DNA of 64,000 bases, taken from Paramoeba atlantica (taxonomy: Eukaryota > Protista > Discosea). The notes under the pieces were generated by a model. The model saw nothing but the letters and a program-made list of their open reading frames with translations. It searched no databases and was not told the DNA's origin. The position numbers were made by a program, and so were the translations under genes. Shown one piece after another: positions 31,257 through 42,570 of this stretch; position 1 is the first letter of the stretch; each line of letters opens with the position of its first letter. The stretch lies in assembly GCA_977017575.1 (NCBI GenBank), contig CDRNVI010000030.1:806001-870000 (forward strand). Reading direction: 5' to 3'.

Positions 31257-31862
31257 TCTTTTTTAGGCTCTTCGCTAAACGCGGTGGTCGTTTTCAACTT
31301 AGAAATCACTCATGCTGCGCGCTTCGCGTTGAAAACTACCTCCGCGTTTAATGAAGAGCCCAAAAAAGAAAAATCGCCAAAAGGTCATGTATAATCTGGT
31401 TTTTTGGATGAAAAACCTCGATTTTTCGACAAAAATTGCGAAATTTTAACGCTAATTTGGGCCGTTTTTGATGCCTTACCAGTAGGGGCAGGAGGCGAAT
31501 CTGTCGAAACAAACGTCGTAGAATGGCAGTAGAGGTCCAAAACTCTTAAAATACGTTTTAGGCACAGCAGCAGTAATAATTTTTGTAATAGAAATTATTA
31601 ATAATTTTTATTATTATAAGAAGGTGAATTATTAATAATTATTATGAGGACTTCTTTAGCCCTCATGGGGCGTATAGTAAGCGTACACATGTGTACATGT
31701 GGATATTTTTTTCAATTTGTTTTCAGTTTTGGACCACCGGAGCCCCATTTTATATTTTTTTCTTCTATTATATTACTGTGTTTCTCTTTATATTTTCACT
31801 GTTTTTGTTCACGTTTTTTTCAATAATCGAGTGTAGAGCGGTAGTTTTACAACCACCGCAAT
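31257..31862 (-). mobile_element. Asymmetric hairpin-ended non-autonomous element (B end left, A end right)
   Basis: About 110-bp palindrome at the left; A-end in reverse complement at the right; interior matches 48362-48555. Confidence 0.7.
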
Positions 31863-32233
31863 ATTATTGACCATATAACCGTGGGATAATACTTGTACTA
31901 TTTGCAAGAAAAAAGTTCGGTATAGAGAGAAGAAATTACTAGAAAGAAAAAGAAAAAGAGTACTTCCTTACGAAAGGCTAGTAATGTTACGTAGCGGCAA
32001 GAATAACTAGAACCTATCAAAGTGATATAAGAAATATAACATATTTTGAATTGCTGCACAAAATTACTTACACTTCCATGACCTAAATGCAAGAAAGACT
32101 AAACAAAGAAGGGAAAAAGTGAAATTATTAGACTACCTAAATTACGCTCTTCCCATTTGTCTTATATTTTATTAGTTATATTGGTGCATGGTGAATCATA
32201 TTTAAACATAAAGAAAATTAACAAAGAAGCGGA

Positions 32234-33682
32234 TTATTCAGTTGACGGCTTGCTTAGGCAAAACCCTTGCTCCCAACACCATTTCCAGTAGAATTCAAGA
32301 TGATGAAACCAATATGGCGAACGAGTCTTTATATCCATCAATTGAGGAAGTAAAATTGTTCTGCGTTGTACGCATACACGACGCAATACAGAAGCAAGTA
32401 TGCAAACCTCTAACAGCTCACTAAAATTTTTTAAAGCGGTATACGACTCCAACAGTCGGTGTTCAGTGCGATGCATTATGTAAATTGTATTTCCCCATCT
32501 CAAATCTAAGTTATTGGAGTTTTTCACGTCAGTGGTGTAATCCATGAGCTCCATGAAAGTCTTTGATATCGGATGGCGGCGCTGGGCGCTACCAAACATG
32601 TAGTAGTTTACCTCCACAGGGGCAGGGTAGCCTCGAAAAGGGGACACATGCACAGTGCCATTCTGGCAGAAAAACTTCGCACTGAGATTTTCGAATCCAT
32701 AGCCAGGAACGAGCGTTAAAATTCCTTGTAGGTTGGACTCGGTAGTAACCAAAAAACTTATTGGTGTATTATGATTTATATCAGAACCGGCGGAGTTATC
32801 ACACAAATCAGGAAAATTGTCCACTGGTAACGCGATTTGGGGAGAAGCACTATTCAAAGTATGATTCGTAATGCATGAAAGTGAGGAGATTGGGTCGTGA
32901 CGATGAAAGAAATGATGAAGGAAAGATGCCATTTGCAGGAATGGGAAGCATGTCCCTTCAACGCGATTTTCCTGTACGATTTCAGTGACTCGACTTTGAT
33001 TCTCTGCTACACACGATGGAAGCGTTAGTGTAGTGGTATAAATAAACTGAAAGAAACGCCCTGTACCTGCAATTTTCGAAGAAAGAAGCGACCCATACTG
33101 TAAAGAAGGATCATATGGTGCATGAAGCGTAGAATGAAAGCGGATCGAACTGCTACCAATCGACGCATCTTCCGGCACTGGAGTTACTTTCGGACCATGT
33201 GTTTGACGAAATCCTTTTCTCAGTTGCAGACCGAGACAGAACATTGGACCCATATCCTTCAAATCGATTGCTTTTACATCGACAAGAACGCGTAGTGGAG
33301 CTCTGGGATGAATGATTCCGGATTTGCTGCAATTTTCTGAATAATTTTCATCACATTGGGTTGACAGGCTATGACTCGTTTCAAAATTTACACATTCAGC
33401 TAAGTCTTTCAATGTTTCGTTTGATCCTAAGAGCAAAGCGTCGATTCGACTTCCGTAGAGCATTTCGCGAACAGAAGAAAAAATACGTAGTCGAGTAAGG
33501 GGCAAAGACAATGAGGATATGCATCGCAAAGCATGGAATGAAAGGCCTGAGGTACCATGACTGTTTTCAAAATCGTGCTCACCGACAGCCTCGATACAGT
33601 GGCCAAGACGCAACAATGCAGAAACGTGGGTAGCAGTGTGAGTGGTGAAGCCGAATATTCCATACCGAAGTGCAAACCGCAT
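32234..33682 (-). CDS. Divergent oxidoreductase-like protein (possible Gfo/Idh/MocA fold)
   Basis: 482-aa ORF; N-terminal RYGIFG...H...L beta-alpha Rossmann-like start; IDALLLGS. Confidence 0.55.
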   Translation of the reverse strand: MRFALRYGIFGFTTHTATHVSALLRLGHCIEAVGEHDFENSHGTSGLSFHALRCISSLSLPLTRLRIFSSVREMLYGSRIDALLLGSNETLKDLAECVNFETSHSLSTQCDENYSENCSKSGIIHPRAPLRVLVDVKAIDLKDMGPMFCLGLQLRKGFRQTHGPKVTPVPEDASIGSSSIRFHSTLHAPYDPSLQYGSLLSSKIAGTGRFFQFIYTTTLTLPSCVAENQSRVTEIVQENRVEGTCFPFLQMASFLHHFFHRHDPISSLSCITNHTLNSASPQIALPVDNFPDLCDNSAGSDINHNTPISFLVTTESNLQGILTLVPGYGFENLSAKFFCQNGTVHVSPFRGYPAPVEVNYYMFGSAQRRHPISKTFMELMDYTTDVKNSNNLDLRWGNTIYIMHRTEHRLLESYTALKNFSELLEVCILASVLRRVCVQRRTILLPQLMDIKTRSPYWFHHLEFYWKWCWEQGFCLSKPSTE

Positions 33683-33936
33683 TCTAGAATAACTGTGCTT
33701 CTAAGTTTGATTCAAACGAAAAAGGTTTACATTTTTGAGTACACGTTGAAGAATTAATAATTAATTTGACTTCACCACTAAAAGACTGGTGTATAGTATA
33801 AGTTATGTACGTAATGTTGAGTGTTGACTTTAAAATCTTCAAAATAGTTGATTTTTTTGTTGAAAACTATTCAGAGGAGCAAAAAATGCTATAAGAAAAA
33901 AAGGTAGTGATGCTTCTGATGATATTTCATCTGAAG

Positions 33937-34806
33937 TCACACGCTCGTTTTCAAATCAAGAAGAGCTAGGTGCATGCCATCTGCAAAACTTTGCAGAGAA
34001 TTCATTGAGATGCTTCGTGCTGTATGGCTCTCCAAAAATACAGGTGATAAGCAAGGAGAAGAATCTTTCTCCGAAGTATTTAACAATAGCGCACCACAAA
34101 CCTCCTGAATAAGAGGTTCGCCGCTAAAAAGAGTAGAGAGCAAAACAAGGTACTTCCGAGCCTTCTCGAGAGATTCCGCAGACTGAGACTGAGACCTTTC
34201 GTCAACCTGAAGATACTTGCCGTCACGGGGAGAGTTCGAAGCTTTTCTCTCCGCGTGCTCACTAGTAGATTCAAGCCCTGGTGAATCCTTGAGAGTCCAT
34301 TCCTTGCTCCCTACAACATTACACTGCTTCTTCAGATTTCTAACCAGCGTAAACAAGAGATGAACCCTACTGTCCGTAAAATTTTGCTCTTGTATGCGTT
34401 GAATGGCTGGTAAAGTTTGTTTATATCTCGCGGCTAATTGATCCATAGAATTCAGTATCGTTGAAAAGTTTTGTCGGAGATACATCGTATCAGAAAGAGA
34501 CCTGTCGAATCTACGAAGACGCTCAGTCCAAAGAGATTCAATACTTTGTAAGCGCAAGGTTGCATCTTCTATTTCATGTTCAAGGACCTTGTCTTTTTCT
34601 TTGAATCTTTGTTCATCGTCTTGTATTGCATTGCTCACTTCGTCAATTTGATTTTGAATTTCACGACGCTTTTTCCATATTTTTGAGAATTGAGTATATT
34701 CGAGAGCACCAACGGTCATCATTGTACCAGCACTCGCACCGATAATTAACCTCCGTACAATCTCATACATAAATTTAGGAGCAGTAGTAGTAGTAGTAAC
34801 AGTCAC
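33937..34806 (-). CDS. Hypothetical TM plus coiled-coil protein (likely ATG 34770)
   Basis: Basic N-terminus, one hydrophobic helix, long heptad region. Confidence 0.7.
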   Translation of the reverse strand: MTVTTTTTAPKFMYEIVRRLIIGASAGTMMTVGALEYTQFSKIWKKRREIQNQIDEVSNAIQDDEQRFKEKDKVLEHEIEDATLRLQSIESLWTERLRRFDRSLSDTMYLRQNFSTILNSMDQLAARYKQTLPAIQRIQEQNFTDSRVHLLFTLVRNLKKQCNVVGSKEWTLKDSPGLESTSEHAERKASNSPRDGKYLQVDERSQSQSAESLEKARKYLVLLSTLFSGEPLIQEVCGALLLNTSEKDSSPCLSPVFLESHTARSISMNSLQSFADGMHLALLDLKTSV

Positions 34807-35024
34807 TATAATAGTCTTTGGTCAAAATGTAAAATAAGAACAAATCTAACATGTATCACATCCATCCAATAATAAAAATAATTTACCATAACAAAACAAT
34901 AGTAGATGACAGTAAAAGCTCAATGAGTTAGACTCAGACAATATTATTTCAAGATTAGCAACAGCACCAAATTATTTTTGATGCATCGCAAGACTCTGTC
35001 ATGTCAAGAGTCGAGATGTCCCTT

Positions 35025-36914
35025 TCAATTTTCTTTACGGAGAATAATCTTTAATTTTCCTGATTTTGCTTTGATGTTTAATTTATTATGGGTGTCTAGG
35101 TTTCTACCGGATCGAACATCCAATAAGGCGTGTTTTCCCACGGAATCACCCAAACCTCGAAGTTCGCTAATAGGATCAACGCACTCTGAATGTGTTTTTG
35201 ACTCAAGAGAAGCCGAACGTTTATGTTCACTTTTTTCGGACAAGGAACTGTGAGAAGCAAGTGGTTTGAATCGAATGCGCTGTCCCTTAGGGCGTTTTAG
35301 CGTTTCTTGCCTCGTAGATAAGCTTGTCCCCGAATTGTGCGTTGTACTTAAGCGGATGTCTTGTCGCTGTTCAGAATCTACAGTCGACAAGCTTTGACTT
35401 GATAATGCCTTTTTTATTTGAGATGACCGAGTTGGGTTCTGTCCAAGAAGCGTGCTTGAACCATCTTGATTTCCAATCGATATTTTTGCTTTTCCGAACG
35501 AAAAATCTGAGCGCACAGAACTGTCTAACGAACGATCATTTGACCCAGCGGAATACATCTTTTGCTCACGCAGTTTCTGAAAAGTAGTTGAACTGCGTGT
35601 GCTGAAGCCGCTTTTTTCATAGCTTTTGTAAAAAGTCATTTCTTCACCAGCACCGTCAGCATCCAATTGTGTATCCATCGTGAACTGATGTTGTAGTGAT
35701 TGCCGTATTTTTTCGCGATCGCACCATCGAGTATCTTGAAAATACGCGTGATTCAGGATTTCCTGCGTAGTAGGCCTTCTTCGAGGATCCCACTGTAGCA
35801 AAACTTTAATTATGTCAAGAGCATCTGGAGAAGGGATAGTTTGCGCATTGCGGAGAAGATATGAGTCAAGTGAATGATGCTTTTTCTTTTTAAGAGTTCG
35901 TGTCAACGCGTTTTCTTTCGATTTAGCCCCTTCTCTGGCTTTGTCGCAAGCTAACCCATCAATGGCCCAACCCAATTCAGAGGGTGGGGTCCCGAGCAGA
36001 GATCCCACGTATCCAAAGAAGACCCCTTCTGCCTTGTCAAGTGGGACACTGCGCAGAAGCTCGTCGCATTCAAATAGAGGTCTACATAAAAACATTTCAG
36101 CCAAAACACACCCAAGAGACCACATGTCGGGAGCTTGCTTGTAGTCGTTGTATGTTCCAAAGTAAACTTCGGGGGCCCTATAGTATAAAGTTGCTACGCG
36201 GGGAGTAAGTTTTAAATCGCGATTTACAGTTTTTTTCATGTCATCACACGAAGAATATGGACGAGATTCGCTTGACATTCGAGAAGCGCTCCTCCATTCC
36301 CTGGCTAAACTAAAGTCACAAAGTTTCAATTCACCGCTTCTATTTATTAATATATTTGAAGTTTTGATGTCTCGATGTAAAATTTGACAGTGATGCAAAA
36401 CACAAACCGCTTGCAATAGTTGGTGAAAATAGTAAGCTACGACCTCTTGGCGCAACACGTTTGCTTTCCTGAGTACTCGATATAAATCGTATTCCATGTA
36501 CTCAAACACAAGAGCTGTATATTGCATATCTTGCGAGAACAAAACCCCTTTGAGCTCTATCAATGTTGAATTCCACACGTTTGACGTTTTCTTTAGTCCG
36601 TTAAGAAATTTCAAGATTCGAATCTCACGAATAGTGGAGGTTGGAAATCCAGATAAACGTTTGCTACGAAGTAAAAAAGCATTTCGTATTTTCTTTATCG
36701 CGAAAAGAGAGTTTGTCTTCTTACAACGAGCAAGATAAACACTCCCATACGACCCCCTGCCGAGAGTTCTGATTATTTCAAAAGCCGATTCAATGTTTGG
36801 ACGCGGTATCGGAAGCTCAGGCAAACAGGTATCAAGATCGTGATCATTTCGATTTTTCAACATTTCTATCTTAGTTACTGCACCATATTTACACTTGATA
36901 GGGCATTGTATCAA
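35025..36914 (-). CDS. Cdc2-related (CDK) Ser/Thr kinase with long C-terminal tail (likely ATG 36863)
   Basis: GRGSYGSVY, AIKK, GFPTSTIREI, HRDIKTSN, DFS, VATLYYRAPE, DMWSLGC. Confidence 0.92.
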   Translation of the reverse strand: MIQCPIKCKYGAVTKIEMLKNRNDHDLDTCLPELPIPRPNIESAFEIIRTLGRGSYGSVYLARCKKTNSLFAIKKIRNAFLLRSKRLSGFPTSTIREIRILKFLNGLKKTSNVWNSTLIELKGVLFSQDMQYTALVFEYMEYDLYRVLRKANVLRQEVVAYYFHQLLQAVCVLHHCQILHRDIKTSNILINRSGELKLCDFSLAREWRSASRMSSESRPYSSCDDMKKTVNRDLKLTPRVATLYYRAPEVYFGTYNDYKQAPDMWSLGCVLAEMFLCRPLFECDELLRSVPLDKAEGVFFGYVGSLLGTPPSELGWAIDGLACDKAREGAKSKENALTRTLKKKKHHSLDSYLLRNAQTIPSPDALDIIKVLLQWDPRRRPTTQEILNHAYFQDTRWCDREKIRQSLQHQFTMDTQLDADGAGEEMTFYKSYEKSGFSTRSSTTFQKLREQKMYSAGSNDRSLDSSVRSDFSFGKAKISIGNQDGSSTLLGQNPTRSSQIKKALSSQSLSTVDSEQRQDIRLSTTHNSGTSLSTRQETLKRPKGQRIRFKPLASHSSLSEKSEHKRSASLESKTHSECVDPISELRGLGDSVGKHALLDVRSGRNLDTHNKLNIKAKSGKLKIILRKEN

Positions 36915-37136
36915 ACCGTAAGTTCGTGATATTTATGTTGGGGAAAGGGCAGTATTCTCCGAACTATTACTCACGATACTAATTTAAGGCAAAAAGTAGC
37001 ATAGTACGTTAGACTTATCTAATGAATATTAAACCATACTCCGGGTTAATACCGTTACCCCCCTAGTTATCTCGCATTCGAAAGTACAAAAGCATATCAC
37101 TCGGGATGAAATTAGCGAAATGCGACGAGTCTTTTG

Positions 37137-37760
37137 TAAGAAGAAGAAGAATAAGAAGAAGACAGAAGAAGACACGGAGGGCTCTGCAGCGCCAACCGGT
37201 AGGGTAGAGTCTCAGGCCACCGACCTTCATCGTCTTGCTACCCCCTTCCCAGACGGCACTCGACGCCTTGCGGCCCGAGCACGGCTACCCAACCGTAGCT
37301 ACCAGGACGGGCGTCCAACCCCGTTGCATCGTGTAGGCTGTGTCTCAAGCCTCCTTTGCGTAAGCAGCTCGCAATTTGGCGGCTGCGCTAGAGCCTGGTT
37401 CAGCTCGGCGGTTCCGGGTCGGTTCTCCAGGGGAGCGGGGTTGAGTGTGGGCCTTGAAGGCACTCCTGATCGCTTTCCCTTTGTAGTGAGGCCGCCAGGT
37501 TGCAAGTTTTGTCGATAGCGGGAATCGAACCAACAACCTGCAGGTTGTAAGGCCCACCATCTACCAACTACGGTCTACTTTGTAAGAGCGTCTTCCAATT
37601 TTTGGACTACGGCAGGTTCGTGGAGCGCTGCCTAAAACACTATCGCCCAAGACTAGAGAGGGTTGTTGTGGAAAGTCTTAAAGTTATACGATCTGCAATC
37701 CCTGGTGAATCTGACTAACTTCTCGCAGTGGGATGTCAGAGATCTCTCGTGGTAAGACAA
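37137..37760 (-). other. GC-rich non-coding island (E3) with degenerate tRNA-like module and (TCT)n tail; SINE-like
   Basis: Minus strand has D-arm CCGT-AGTTGGTAG-ATGG and GGTTCGATTCC at 37511-37578 and a simple-repeat tail at 37137-37172. Confidence 0.45.
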
Positions 37761-37765
37761 ATGTA

Positions 37766-37860
37766 CAATTGCGGTGGTTGTAGAACTACCTCTCTACCCT
37801 CGATTATTGAAAAAAAAGTGAACAATAACAGTGAAAATATAAAGAGGAACACAGTAATAA
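37766..37860 (+). repeat. Solo A-end of the hairpin-ended element family
   Basis: ATTGCGGTGGTTGTAGAACTACC...CGATTATTGAAAAAAAAGTGAAC matches 39286. Confidence 0.85.
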
Positions 37861-37894
37861 GCTCCCCATAGCGAATAGTCATCCCCCTCTTTTT

Positions 37895-38165
37895 TTCGTA
37901 CAGCGAGGCTTAGGGGGGTTGCGATACCACTTTCTCGTTCAAAATTTTGAGATCTGTACGTTTCCGCTGTTTTCAGACCTCTTTACAAATAAAAAATAAA
38001 AAGGATTCAATGAAAATGGCGTCACAGCTCCTCGCTAGGGGAACGAGACCTCTCGTTTGCAACAAAAATGAGAAAAAACAGATAAACAACAAAAATCAGC
38101 TCAAATGGACACTTGGCTGAAAAGTTAGAGGGGGGTGACTTTTCGCTGTGGGGGATTTATAATGA
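37895..38165 (+). mobile_element. Internally deleted derivative of the 29609-31251 Tc1 family
   Basis: AAAATTTTGAGATCTGTACGTT and CAAAAATCAGCTCAAAYGGACAYTTGGCTGAAAAGTTA shared with 29968 and 31155. Confidence 0.75.
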
Positions 38166-38500
38166 ATGTGTTCCGGGTTATTGTGCCCCCTGCACAATAA
38201 CTGGCTCTAGGCACAATAACTAAATATTGGAAAAAGCCAGGGTTCGCGGAAACTTTTTTATACCGTTACACCCCCCTGACTTAGCCTCATAAAAACGGGC
38301 AAAAATCGGGATTTGAGGCTAGGTCAGGGGGGAGAACCGATTTTTTAACCCCCCCCTGACTTAGCCTCAAATCCCGATCACGTCAATTTCTTTGTAGAAA
38401 AAAAATTAAATTACCAATTCAAGGTACTGTTGGTATGAGTATTAGAAAAAGGAATATATCAGAATTCGCTTTACGAATATTCAGTAGAAAGTATATGTTA

Positions 38501-40297
38501 CAGGGGTCCGAAAAACTTTTAAAGTTTTATTTATAGCAAAAAAAAATATAGTACTATATTGATGCTACAAGTACTTCAAAAACTTCAAAAACTATAAATA
38601 AATAGGCAACCATTTTCGGCCTTCGGACTGGTACTTCGCTCGTCAGGTGGTCTATGGCAGGGAATGATCAAAGGTCAAGAGGGTTATGTCAGACATTTTT
38701 TTCAAAAGCCTATCTTCTTTGCTGCGGATGCACATCAAAACGGGTTGCAGCTTGACAAATATCCGTTGCACGTCCGAATATTATGAACAAGTTAGAATAC
38801 GCAATATCGGAAAATCACGGAATCGACGTCGCTGAAGCGTTGGCCTTAGAACTGGAAGCAAACAAATCGATGGATTTGAAGCCAAGTTTAGTTATTATTG
38901 CATCTGATAATAATGTGGTAAGCCGCAGTTTGGATAAGGGTTTTAACTCTTCTTGTGGCGTTGGCATAATAATAAGCGAATTAACACAATGAATTATTCT
39001 TGAGGGAATGAAATAGTGCTGGCAGATGTAGCGCCACGAGAAAATACTGGTGACATACATAGGTACGCGACTTGAAAAAACTGCAGGGACTTTGGTTTCT
39101 GAAATACCTTATGGCCCAGATGCCACCTGATCTTACCTCCGAACCAACCCGAAACGTTCGTGCTACACGACCCTCGATCAGTCAACAAACCTCTGTTGAA
39201 CGTCCGAGCCGTCAAACGCCGATATGAAGCTCTATAGACAAAAAACCATTTATGTTTGAGGCAAGAAATCACTAAGGAATACTTTATTGCGGTGGTTGTA
39301 AAACTACCGCTCTACACTCGATTATTGAAAAAAAAGTGAACAAAAACAGTGAAAATATAAAGAGGAACACAGTAATATAATAGAAGAAAAAAATATAAAA
39401 TGGGGCTCCGGTGGTCCAAAACTGAAAAAAAAATTTGAAAAAAATGGGGGGTCCATGGGGGGGGTCCAGGGGGGGGATCATGGTCGAGCAAATTTTTTCG
39501 AAAAAATTAGTTTTCGAAAAAAAACCGCAGAAAGGGTAGGCGGGGTAGCCGGGGACCCCCCCGCGTATCCGCAGGACGGGTCCGCCAAGTTCGGATTTTT
39601 TCGGAAAAAATTTTTTGAAAAAAAATTCAACTTGGCGAAAAATATGACAAAAAAAATATTTTTCCAAAATCGTTTCCCCTATTGTATTTTGATAGCTTGG
39701 GACCTACACTAGCTTTCTCCGCAGTTGTTTCCGCAAGGTATCACTTCTTCTAACCGTGGTGCGCCCCTCAAAATGACCCATTTTTGACTAAAAAAGGTGA
39801 AAAAGTATTTTTCGGACCTAAAGGGGTATTTTTGTGTCGAAAGAATGGTATGGTTGGAGTCGCATTCTCCACCCAATACGTTCGGTAGGCTTCCACTCAT
39901 GCCTGCGAGTGATTTCCCACGCGCAAATGTCGGATTTAGTGCTCTGAGAGCAAAAATATGCGAAAATGACCCCATTTTTACCCGAAATTCGGCTATTTTT
40001 GGCTATAATCTTTCCGTTTTCCAGGCTAAATTTTCTTTTTTAGGCTCTTCGTTAAACGCGGCGGTAGTTTTCAACACGAAGCGCGCAGCATGAGTGACTT
40101 CTAAGTTGAAAACAACCACCGTGTTTAACGAAGAGCCTAAAAAAGAATTACACAGAAGAAAATATATAAAATGTTATCTGTCACTCTTCAATTGTCGAAA
40201 TCTCTAGGTGAAAAATATAGTTTAATATATAGCATGAAATAAAATATAGTACTATAAAGTACTATATTTATAGTTTTTGAAGTTTTTCGGACCCCTG
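38501..40297. mobile_element. TIR element relic (CAGGGGTCCGAAAAACT) hosting a nested insertion
   Basis: 17-bp perfect inverted repeat at 38501 and 40281-40297, with further similar subterminal blocks; TSD not clear. Confidence 0.6.
39286..40146 (+). mobile_element. Asymmetric hairpin-ended non-autonomous element (A end left, B end right)
   Basis: A end at 39286; B palindrome at 40035-40146; interior colinear with the reverse complement of 48500-48680. Confidence 0.7.
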
Positions 40298-40316
40298 CTT
40301 ATTTCCTAAACAGAAT

Positions 40317-42272
40317 TTGATATTTTTGAAGACTTTCAAAGGCTCTCCTAACGGCTCGATGGTCCCGTGTTCGGTAAATGGCATAGAAAAACTCCTCAAT
40401 TTATCAAGTGCTAATTCGTATTTGTTTCCCCGTTGTATTAGGACACATTTCGGTAAAGCACTTCAGGACGCCTCGCGTTTGTTCGACTGGCCTCCGGGGC
40501 TGGTATTTTCACGTCAATGTCTGCGCCATACTGGTCATACCGCTAGGTTACAATACGCTAACGACGCCGTTGGAGCGGCACTTTCTAGGACAAGCGAATC
40601 TACTTTGAAGCATTATGTTAGGCCCAACAGCTGCCGGAAACGAAGGCAGTCTTGTTCGAAATGATGCAATTCCAAAATCTGGTACCAGTAGTATTGTTGA
40701 TTGGGGCGCCTCACGGTTCAAAAACTTATGAAAGGTGTAGCTCGTGTTACTCTAGATTACAGCCAGCTAAAAATGGCTACCTAAAATGAAGTATTTTCTT
40801 AAATTTAAAACAAGTTTAATATTATGTGCCTCGGTACGGGAAATACGACACATGTTTTGTCGTTTTTCCACCAATTAAAAGAAGAAATTGTCACAATTCA
40901 ATTTTCATTACTAATATAATTTCTACAGATAATTCACATTATACTGCTGTAATTTAGCATGGATAATAAAGATACACCGTTATATTCGCGCACGGTGGCT
41001 CACAATTGCACGAAAATATTCAAAGGAAAAATATGTGGGGCCAACGTGCCTTTGGCCGAGCTTGTAGCGTTGGAGGTGCTATGTAACAAAATTTTGCAGT
41101 GCACCGTGCTTCCCATGGGGTTTGTGAATTCTTGTGGTATATGCCAGTCCATTGTCTGGGGAATACTACTCAACTTGACAGATGCAGTTCGAAAATCGGT
41201 GTACACATGTGACGGAGCTCCAGCATGTATTGCGCTCGAAACTGGGGGTGCCATATTCCTAGTGTATGATAGCATTCTTCTTTTCGTGCCACGTACCCAG
41301 CAAGACGAGTGGAAACGATTAATTCAACGTAATTTTGAAAGATTGGCTCGTATGAAACTAAAATATCTGCAGCTAGAGGCAATAGATTCTGAATTTACCT
41401 ATTGTGGAATCCGAATGAGGCTTACTTCACAGGGTAACGAATGGATTTTAGACCCCTCTACTCTCACAATGTAGAAAACCATGGCTGAAGCATACCTTCC
41501 ACACATATACATACGGAGTATACATACGTATACTCCGAGGTCCTTCTTCTCTCTCCATGGATATTACAGATTTGCAGCTGCTGTTGCAGAATTCGATCGT
41601 TCTAAGTTAGGCCGAGCTTCAAAAATACAAAGTTCTCTTGGTAGGGACACGGAATGGGACTTCGCTTTGCCAGAATTAGAAGTTGGAATTCAACTTGTTC
41701 GAAGAATGATTGCAAATTTGTCTATCAAGTGGCTACATCCTCGATCTCACTTGAGTGTATCGTCTTTGAAGACCGTATATATTGCCGTAGACGCAACGCC
41801 CTCAAGATGGGCTATTAAGGGATTAAAAGCTTCACATTCTATCATCGACTTCGATAATTTTAGATCGCGGGGAGACTCCTCTGAGAACGAATATGATATT
41901 ACAATAGCAGAAACCTTGGCGTTGGAATCGGGAATACGAGTCGGAAAAAGTCAGCAAGCTGAAACAATGTACATGATGAGCGATAACGTGGCTGCCGGAC
42001 GAGCCGTGGAGAAAAAGTATAGCCCTGTCGCAGATATCGACGTTATTATACAACGTATTGCTACTTTACTTGGTACTTCAACAGTAATCATAGTCGACAC
42101 TCCTTCGGAGGAGAACGTTGCTGATATTTACACCCGCCCAAGTAGAGAGACTACCCAATTAGAGAAAAATTATCGAGAAGCGTGCTCCTTGGAAGGATTA
42201 GAACGTGCAGAAAGATATTGGATATATACGGCCAAGACTTTTTGTCCGCGCATGTGCAATAACAAAGGCTAA
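40317..42272 (+). mobile_element. Degenerate VIPER-like tyrosine-recombinase retroelement (YR, then RT, then RNase H)
   Basis: CLRH...STLKHY.RPN (YR C-terminus); VLPMGFVNSC...VYDSIL...FTYCG (RT); YIAVDA...AETLAL...SDNVAA...SEENVADIYTR (RNase H). Confidence 0.75.
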
Positions 42273-42570
42273 GCGGGCAGTTACTTATAATATGTTATAA
42301 ATGTGTTATCATAATATGTTGATAATAAAGTAATGTTAATAATATGTTATAAATTATTGTTAGTTTAAGAATCTTATAAAGTGCGTTTTCGATGCCTTTA
42401 AACCATCGTTTTTCCCGTTATCTCATAAAGGCGAACTTACACATTTGCAGCGCAGACACTCGGCGATGATAGAATCTTCTAGGCACGTACTGGAGGACAC
42501 TTTATCATCTCATAGAATCTGTGTTACCGTAAAGCCGGAGAAGGGGTAACAAAATTTCACTTACTACATA

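Noticed and set aside
37511-37580. Functional tRNA gene
   Set aside because: Acceptor and anticodon stems do not pair; kept only as a degenerate module.
38815-39060. SIDLFAS as a DIRS-type adenine methylase motif
   Set aside because: Isolated short match in a decayed frame with no NPP motif or adjacent RNase H.
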